Assembly (NCBI GenBank): GCA_039589275.1
Contig: JBDHHP010000005.1
Location: 4,269 to 36,268 of the forward strand
DNA from: Gemmatimonadota bacterium
GTDB lineage: Bacteria; Gemmatimonadota; Gemmatimonadetes; Gemmatimonadales; GWC2-71-9
DNA length: 32,000 bases
Reading direction: 5' to 3'
The notes below the pieces were generated by a model. It searched no databases, had not been told where the DNA came from, and saw only the letters and a program-made list of their open reading frames with translations. The position numbers were made by a program, and so were the translations under genes. Positions 26,343 through 32,000 of the stretch are shown piece after piece (within the stretch, counting starts at the first letter, position 1; every line of letters starts with the position of its first letter).

Positions 26343-26984
26343 TCAGGTTGAACCCGCTGCGGCATCGCGGGTTCCGCCCAGCGCACGGTGGAGCAGACTC
26401 CAAGCGGCGTCCGCCACGGCGTCGGCCGACTGCGTCGCGTCCACATGTACTATCCCCGATCCCGCTGCGGCGTCAAAAGCGCGGGCTATGCGTTGTTGCA
26501 CCGCAAGGTCCGCGCGTTCGATGCGATCCCGCTTCTTGCCTTGAGTGTCTTGACGCTGCCGCACGAGATCTTGGGTGGCATCCAACACGATGGTCAGATC
26601 GGGAGTGAGGCCTCCGGTGGCCAAGCGATTCGCTGTCTCTACCGCCTCCTGATCGAGTCCGCGGCCCGCTATCTGATAGGCCCTGGTGGACATATCGTAA
26701 CGGTCGGCCACCACAACCGTACCCGAGGTCAACGCTGGCCTTATCACTCTGGATACGAGGTCGGCACGAGCTGCCAAGATCAGGAACAGCTCAGACTCGG
26801 GGCAGGCTTCGAGCGAAGGGTCCAGCACCAGGCTGCGGGCCGCTTCTGCCACAGGCGTACCACCTGGTTCTCGCACCTCCAACACGTCGAACCCGTCCCG
26901 ACGTAGTCGCTGGGCGAGCCGCTTCGCCAAGGTGGTCTTTCCTACTCCGTCCACACCCTCTACAACAAGGAAGAAACCCTCCAT
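26343..26984 (-). CDS. tmk: Thymidylate kinase
   Basis: FFLVVEGVDGVGKTTLAKRLAQRLRRDGFDVLEVREPGGTPVAEAAR, VVVADRYDMSTRAYQ. Confidence 0.93.
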   Translation of the reverse strand: MEGFFLVVEGVDGVGKTTLAKRLAQRLRRDGFDVLEVREPGGTPVAEAARSLVLDPSLEACPESELFLILAARADLVSRVIRPALTSGTVVVADRYDMSTRAYQIAGRGLDQEAVETANRLATGGLTPDLTIVLDATQDLVRQRQDTQGKKRDRIERADLAVQQRIARAFDAAAGSGIVHVDATQSADAVADAAWSLLHRALGGTRDAAAGST

Positions 26985-26993
26985 GGGAGTGAA

Positions 26994-27347
26994 TCAACCC
27001 GGTATGATAATCGGGCTCTCGGCTCCCAGCTTGATACCGTCCATGATCTCCTCATTCACCCTGATCATGATCTTCTCGAAATTCGAATTGGCAGCAACGA
27101 ACTGCTGATACTTGGGATGAGCCTGAATACTGGACATCAACGCTTCATATTCGTCAGTGAGTTCCTTGGGAGGCTCGGTCTTTCCTTTCAAGTGCTCCTC
27201 GAGCCGTTGCGACAGCATTTCTAGGCGCTGCATTTGCGCACGCACTTCGCTCGCCTGATCCAGGTCCTCTCTCGCGCGTTTGATGGCTTTGTACTCGTCT
27301 GTCTGCCCCAACAAGCGGCCCAGCTCTTTGGCCTTCTCTTCGATCAC
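26994..27347 (-). CDS. YlbF-family regulator-like small helical protein
   Basis: 117 aa; EKAKELGRLLGQTDEYKAIKRAREDLDQASEVRAQM...SSIQAHPKYQQFVAANSNFEKIMIRVNEEI. Confidence 0.7.
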   Translation of the reverse strand: MIEEKAKELGRLLGQTDEYKAIKRAREDLDQASEVRAQMQRLEMLSQRLEEHLKGKTEPPKELTDEYEALMSSIQAHPKYQQFVAANSNFEKIMIRVNEEIMDGIKLGAESPIIIPG

Positions 27348-28222
27348 TTACGACTCCTTGTTGCTAGAAGAAAACGGGGATATCCGAAGAGATCATCCTC
27401 GATACGGGCGTCTCCCCAGCCGGCATCCAACGCCATCCCGAGCGCCCGTTGTGCTCGGGAGCAATCTACTTCAATTGCCAACAGACCGCCGGGCGTGAGT
27501 GACTTCACCGCACCTTCGATGACGCATTGTGTGTGTTTCATACCGTCTGACCCGCTGACCAGCGCGTTCTTGGGTTCGTGGTCCTTGACGCAGTGATCCA
27601 GCTCTACGTATTCCGCCTCGGTCACGTACGGCGGGTTTGACACCACGACGTCCACCGCCATTTCCCCAACAGGTTCCAGTGTCCGGCCATGGCGGAACTC
27701 GACTGGCGTGGGTGGCTCGACGCGCTCGAAGTTCTCTCGCGCGACTTCGAGCGCATCCGGCGATGCGTCAGTGGCGATTACGCGATCGAACTCGCATTCG
27801 ACCGCCAGGCTCAGTGCGATGCATCCGCTCCCTGTGCCAACATCTACTGCGGTACCCCAGTGGTGCCTCCCAAGGTCTGGGCGAGCATGCCCCCACGCGA
27901 GCACGTGTTCGACTAGGCCTTCGGTCTCTGGGCGCGGTATCAGAACCCTGGGGTCCACCCGGATGTCCAAATAGCGAAAGCCCGCCACGCCCAATACGTA
28001 GGCGAGCGGCTCTCCGGTGGCCCGCCGCTGCACCGCTTCCCTGAATCGTCTAACGTCAGCGCCCGAGGCCTGGTCGTTCCGGGCGAACCACATTTGTAGT
28101 TGAGACAGGTCGGTCACGCCAGCCCAGAGGTTAAGGGCCTCGCGCTTTGCATCTCTGATGTTCGCCCGCTCGAGGACCTCGCTCGCCTCGACCACCTCCC
28201 GCACGATCGAGGATTCCGTCAT
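27344..28222 (-). CDS. prmC: Peptide chain release factor N5-glutamine methyltransferase (ATG at 28222; supplied ORF start at 28399 lies inside prfA)
   Basis: GEPLAYVLGVAGFRYLDIRVDPRVLIPRPETEGLVE, AVDVGTGSGCIALSLAVE, VVSNPPYVTEAEY; starts 2 nt after the prfA stop. Confidence 0.95.
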   Translation of the reverse strand: MTESSIVREVVEASEVLERANIRDAKREALNLWAGVTDLSQLQMWFARNDQASGADVRRFREAVQRRATGEPLAYVLGVAGFRYLDIRVDPRVLIPRPETEGLVEHVLAWGHARPDLGRHHWGTAVDVGTGSGCIALSLAVECEFDRVIATDASPDALEVARENFERVEPPTPVEFRHGRTLEPVGEMAVDVVVSNPPYVTEAEYVELDHCVKDHEPKNALVSGSDGMKHTQCVIEGAVKSLTPGGLLAIEVDCSRAQRALGMALDAGWGDARIEDDLFGYPRFLLATRSRK

Positions 28223-28223
28223 G

Positions 28224-29282
28224 TCAGGCCTCGGCTTGCTCGCCTTGATATGCCAGCTTGAGAGCGTCCACGACCTCGTCCAAGTCCCCATCCAGAATCT
28301 CGTCGAGGCGATGAACGGTGAGGTTGATACGGTGGTCTGTAACGCGGCTTTGGGGGAAGTTGTAGGTTCTGATCTTGGCAGACCGATCGCCGGTTCCAAC
28401 CATGGCGCGCCGCTCCCGAGAGCGCTCGGATTCCTGCTCCGCGACCATGCGGTCCAGTAGGCGGGCCCTGAGTACTGCTATCGCCTTGACCTTGTTCTGC
28501 AACTGTGACTTCTGGTCCTGACACTGCACCACCAGTCCAGTGGGCAGGTGCGTTATCCGCACCGCACTGTCGGTGGTATTGACACTCTGACCGCCCGGTC
28601 CCGAAGAGCGGAACACGTCGATCTTCAGTTCTTTCTCGTCGATCGCAACATCGACATCTTCGGCTTCTGGTAGCACCGCGACCGTGGCCGCTGAAGTGTG
28701 GATGCGTCCCTGGGCCTCAGTGGCCGGTACTCGCTGCACCCTGTGCACTCCCGATTCGTGCCGCAGCCTCCCGTACGCGTCTTCGCCGCGAGCGGCAAAA
28801 ACCACTTCCTTCAGTCCGCCAAGATTCCCTTCGGACAGCGAGAGGGTCTCCACCTCCCAGCCGCGCCGTTCAGCATAGCGGGAGAACATGCGGAACAGGT
28901 CAGCGGCAAACAGAGCTGCCTCGTCACCGCCGGTGCCGGCGCGGATCTCCACGATGGTATCCCTGCCGTCAAGGGGATCGGGCGGCACCAGAAGATCGTG
29001 GAGCTCGGCTTCGGTGGCGGCAAGCGCAGGTTCCAGCTGTTCGATGTCGGCGCGGGCCAAGTCTGCCAGATCCTGATCTCTGTCCTGCAATAATTCTCGA
29101 GCCTGCCCGAGCTCGTTGCCAAGACGTTGGAACTCAGAGGCCACACGCCGGATACGATCTAGGCGAACGTGTTCCCTTCCGAGCGCCTTCAGCTTCTTCG
29201 GATCTTGTGCTGTTGCTGGATCGGCCAGCTCCCGTTCGATGTCTGCCGCGCGATCAAGCGCGGCCTTGAGCCGCGCTTGCAC
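28224..29282 (-). CDS. prfA: Peptide chain release factor 1
   Basis: [43 protein letters not shown] (PxT motif of RF1), [22 protein letters not shown]. Confidence 0.98.
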   Translation of the reverse strand: MQARLKAALDRAADIERELADPATAQDPKKLKALGREHVRLDRIRRVASEFQRLGNELGQARELLQDRDQDLADLARADIEQLEPALAATEAELHDLLVPPDPLDGRDTIVEIRAGTGGDEAALFAADLFRMFSRYAERRGWEVETLSLSEGNLGGLKEVVFAARGEDAYGRLRHESGVHRVQRVPATEAQGRIHTSAATVAVLPEAEDVDVAIDEKELKIDVFRSSGPGGQSVNTTDSAVRITHLPTGLVVQCQDQKSQLQNKVKAIAVLRARLLDRMVAEQESERSRERRAMVGTGDRSAKIRTYNFPQSRVTDHRINLTVHRLDEILDGDLDEVVDALKLAYQGEQAEA

Positions 29283-29285
29283 AGC

Positions 29286-29504
29286 TCACTCTCCGGAGCC
29301 TTCGGCCTTTTTGGCGTAGCGCTGCCGGAACCGCTCGACGCGGCCGGCAGTGTCGACGAGTTTCTGCTTGCCAGTGAAGAAGGGGTGGCAATGTGCGCAG
29401 ATTTCGACGTGAATCTCTGGCAGCGTAGAGCGGGTCTCAAACGTGTTGCCGCACGCGCATTGCACAACAGCACGTTGGTATTGGGGATGAATTCCAGCTT
29501 TCAA
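29286..29504 (-). CDS. rpmE: 50S ribosomal protein L31, Cys-containing form (TTG start at 29504; supplied ORF is N-terminally over-extended)
   Basis: [27 protein letters not shown]...[30 protein letters not shown]; GGAG upstream of TTG. Confidence 0.93.
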   Translation of the reverse strand: MKAGIHPQYQRAVVQCACGNTFETRSTLPEIHVEICAHCHPFFTGKQKLVDTAGRVERFRQRYAKKAEGSGE

Positions 29505-29548
29505 CTTCGTCTCCGATACTCTAAGATCCGCGTTTTTCCGAGCCGTGA

Positions 29549-29578
29549 AATATAACCGGCGGCGGAACTCGCGGGCAA
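29549..29578 (-). promoter_or_regulatory. Candidate sigma70-type promoter for the rpmE-prfA-prmC cluster
   Basis: Minus strand TTGCCC (29578-29573), 18-nt spacer, TATATT (29554-29549), ~45 nt upstream of rpmE TTG. Confidence 0.4.
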
Positions 29579-29599
29579 GCTGTGGCGGCCAGATTTCGA

Positions 29600-29628
29600 T
29601 TGACACGAAGCCCGGTGCCAGCTAACGT
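29600..29628 (+). promoter_or_regulatory. Candidate sigma70-type promoter for the Crp/Fnr-family gene
   Basis: TTGACA (29600-29605), 17-nt spacer, TAACGT (29623-29628), 34 nt upstream of the ATG at 29663. Confidence 0.35.
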
Positions 29629-29662
29629 AGCCGGGTCCTCCAACTCCATGGGAACCAAGCAC

Positions 29663-30334
29663 ATGGCGCTAACCGACAGGCTTCAGCAGGTACCGCTCTT
29701 TGCACACCTGAGTGAAGAAGAGGTGAACGCCATCGCCGAGGTTACGAGAGAGAAGCTCTATCCACGCGGCAGCGTGATCGTGTTTGAGGATGACCCGGGC
29801 GACGCCATGTACGTGGTCGCTTCCGGTCAAGTGAAGGTGGTATTGACTGGAGATGACGGCCGTGAGGTCATTTTGTCTGTCCTGGGTGACGGCGACTTCT
29901 TCGGCGAAATGGCGTTGATTGACGATCTACCCCGGTCGGCTCACGTGATTGCCATGGAGGACTCTCGGCTCATTGTCTTGTACCGCGACGATTTCCACCG
30001 CTGCCTGGAACGGGCCCCACGAGTTTCCCTGGGACTCCTGCGCGCCCTGTCGCGGCGGCTGAGAAGGGCAGACGACAAGATCGGCGGGCTGGTGCTGCTC
30101 GACGTGCCTGGTCGTATTGCCCGTTTGCTCATCGAACTGGCGGATCAAGGCGACGGCAGCAAGATAAGTCGCAGCATCACTCACCATACAATTGCTCAGA
30201 TGGTAGGTTCGAGCCGGGAAACGGTGTCACGCACGATTCGCGACCTGACCAATCGTGGCCTCGTAGTGGTAACGCGCAAGACGATCGAAATCAGCGACCG
30301 ACCCGGCCTCGAGAGTGCTGCCGGTCTCCGGTGA
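29663..30334 (+). CDS. Crp/Fnr-family transcriptional regulator (ATG at 29663 preferred; supplied ORF starts at 29582)
   Basis: cNMP-binding fold VPLFAHLSEEEVNAIAEVTREKLYPRGSVIVFEDDPGDAMYVVASGQVKVVL, GDGDFFGEMALIDDLPRSAHVIA, HTH THHTIAQMVGSSRETVSRTIRDLTNRGLVVV. Confidence 0.93.
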   Translation: MALTDRLQQVPLFAHLSEEEVNAIAEVTREKLYPRGSVIVFEDDPGDAMYVVASGQVKVVLTGDDGREVILSVLGDGDFFGEMALIDDLPRSAHVIAMEDSRLIVLYRDDFHRCLERAPRVSLGLLRALSRRLRRADDKIGGLVLLDVPGRIARLLIELADQGDGSKISRSITHHTIAQMVGSSRETVSRTIRDLTNRGLVVVTRKTIEISDRPGLESAAGLR

Positions 30335-30423
30335 GAGTCATCACGTGAGGGGAGTGACGGCGTTCCTTGCGAGCTGTCCTGCATCGCGCGTAGCTTGGAT
30401 GATATCGTGACTGGTGTGACCGA

Positions 30424-31299
30424 ATGACGTACCGAGTGACATTCTGGGGAACGAGGGGATCCATCCCGACCCCCGGGGCACGCACTGTCCGGTACGGCGG
30501 CAACACTCCATGCGTCTCCCTCGAGCATCTCGACAGAGACGCAAAAGCGATCCTGATCCTGGATTCCGGTACCGGAATCAGACCGCTGGGCAACACGCTG
30601 GTAGAGCGCTCCGGCCAGATGGTGGAAGTCGATCTCCTGGTGAGTCACACCCACTGGGACCACATTCAGGGACTGCCGTTCTTCACTCCACTGTTCGACG
30701 GCAGCAACGCGGTCCGGATTTGGGGACCAAAACAGGGCAAGGTGGATCTCGAGGAGATCCTGCGGAACCAGATGCATCCTGTGGTGTTCCCGGTGCCTCT
30801 GGATGGGCTTGCAGCGCAATTGAGCGTATCCCACATAGACTCGCAAGTCGTTGAATTGTCTGGGTTTACCGTCGATTCAATGCGGGTTCGGCACCCCGGC
30901 CAGACGCTGGGGTATCGTCTAACACCGATCGGAGGAGGAACGTCGCTCGGTTACGTGACGGACAACGAATTGGGGCCGGGCGGTGAATACGAAGTTGGCC
31001 CCTCATGGAGGGCCGAGTTCGTACGGTTCTTGCATGGTGTAGACGTGTTGATTCACGACGCGATGTACACACCGGCCGAGATTGGCCAGCACCGCGGGTG
31101 GGGCCACTCTTCGTACGAGGAGGCAGTGGACCTCGCGGCGGAAGCCGAGGTGGGGCAGCTGGTGTTGTTCCACCACCGGCCGGAACACGACGACGCTGCA
31201 ATGGATGCACTGGTCGAGGCAGCTAGGAAGATGGCTGACCGAACAGCGCGTTCGTTGGATGTCGTTGCCGCGAGGGAAGATACGCAACTGACACTTTGA
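30424..31299 (+). CDS. MBL-fold metallo-hydrolase
   Basis: TFWGTRGSIPTPGARTVRYGGNTPCVSLE, LILDSGTGIRPLGNTL, VSHTHWDHIQGLPFFTPLF, YVTDNE, LIHDAMYTPAE. Confidence 0.88.
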   Translation: MTYRVTFWGTRGSIPTPGARTVRYGGNTPCVSLEHLDRDAKAILILDSGTGIRPLGNTLVERSGQMVEVDLLVSHTHWDHIQGLPFFTPLFDGSNAVRIWGPKQGKVDLEEILRNQMHPVVFPVPLDGLAAQLSVSHIDSQVVELSGFTVDSMRVRHPGQTLGYRLTPIGGGTSLGYVTDNELGPGGEYEVGPSWRAEFVRFLHGVDVLIHDAMYTPAEIGQHRGWGHSSYEEAVDLAAEAEVGQLVLFHHRPEHDDAAMDALVEAARKMADRTARSLDVVAAREDTQLTL

Positions 31300-31313
31300 G
31301 GGAGGATAGACCT

Positions 31314-32000
31314 ATGCGGTGGCGTTCAATGGCAGCCCTGATGCTTGTCGCAGGGGTAGCGGCGACGCATGCCGCTGCGGCACAGGACACCCGTGCCGCA
31401 ATCGGAGTCATGCCGTTTGACAACGGTGGTTCTTACGGCCTCGAGAGCGAGGACTTCGCGGCGTTCGAAATTGGCCTGCAACAGATGTTGATCACTGAAC
31501 TCGCGGTCAACGCCGAACTGCGATTAGTCGAACGGAGTCGTCTCAAGGGCCTCATGGAAGAGCAGGACATCGGAGCATCCGGTCGGGTCGACGCCAACAC
31601 GGCGGCCAGGATCGGGCAGTTGATCGGCGCCAGGTACATGATCCTCGGCGGATTCATAGACTGGTATGCCGACTTCCGGATCGACGCGCGGATAGTTGAC
31701 GTGGAGACCGGTGAGATCGTGAAGACCCAGCGCGCGAGAGACGACCGCGCGAACATGTACGACATCGTGGTCGATCTCGCCAACAGTATCACGCGTGGCT
31801 TGAATCTCCCACCGCTCTCCGGCCAGGCACTGAATCAGCGCCGCGAGCGCGGCGTTCCGGAGGAAGCGGTCCGACTCTATACCAAGGGGCTGTTGTATCA
31901 GGATCGGGGAGACACGGATCGAGCTGCTGATCTATTCAGTCAGGCGGCCACGGTCTTTCCCGCATATACCGAAGCACAAGAGGCCCTCCGCCAAATCAGG
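31314..32000 (+). CDS. CsgG-like exported protein with C-terminal TPR-like segment, 3' partial
   Basis: Open frame 3 to the window end, absent from the ORF track: MRWRSMAALMLVAGVAATHAAAAQDTRAAIGVMPFDNGG...LQQMLITELAVNAELRLVERSRLKGLMEEQDIGASGRVDANTAARIGQLIGARYMILGGFI...EAVRLYTKGLLYQDRGDTDRAADLFSQAATVFPAYTEAQEAL; GGAGG upstream of ATG. Confidence 0.8.
   Translation, partial: MRWRSMAALMLVAGVAATHAAAAQDTRAAIGVMPFDNGGSYGLESEDFAAFEIGLQQMLITELAVNAELRLVERSRLKGLMEEQDIGASGRVDANTAARIGQLIGARYMILGGFIDWYADFRIDARIVDVETGEIVKTQRARDDRANMYDIVVDLANSITRGLNLPPLSGQALNQRRERGVPEEAVRLYTKGLLYQDRGDTDRAADLFSQAATVFPAYTEAQEALRQIR

Noticed and set aside
26388-26906. 172-aa + strand ORF opposite tmk
   Set aside because: Shadow ORF to an intact thymidylate kinase with no independent support.
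23819-31299. Crp/Fnr regulator, MBL hydrolase and proteases considered as a possible signalling or defence system
   Set aside because: Gene neighbourhood is ordinary housekeeping (rpmE, prfA, prmC, tmk) and the regulator is divergent; no effector/sensor pairing or toxin-antitoxin signature visible.

Overview
High-GC bacterial chromosomal segment, mostly housekeeping and envelope genes. Gene content (SusC/SusD pair, plug-only protein, prs-rplY-pth-ychF-rpsF-rpsR-DUF2232-rplI, DAK2-DegV fusion, smc, rpmE/prfA/prmC) suggests Gemmatimonadota or a relative, but that is inference. From left to right: a SusC (5' partial)/SusD pair; an intergenic region with two strong hairpins and a 7-bp tandem repeat; a plug-only regulatory protein with a small outer-membrane-like protein; a long + strand run from prs to lolA; a tightly packed - strand cluster (DUF2520, S41 protease, tmk, YlbF-like, prmC, prfA, rpmE); then a divergent crp/fnr-type regulator, an MBL-fold hydrolase and a CsgG-like protein running off the window. 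I found no CRISPR array, mobile element, phage, tRNA/rRNA, defence island or convincing new multi-gene system. The observations most worth following up are: (1) pth has its conserved N-terminus encoded upstream of the supplied ORF and appears to start at a CTG codon one codon after the rplY stop; (2) a two-gene SPOR pair directly upstream of smc, one member of which looks like a BY-kinase/CapB-type domain that has lost its Walker A and B motifs, fused through a TM segment to tandem SPOR-like domains; (3) a FakA-FakB-like (DAK2-DegV) single-chain fusion.
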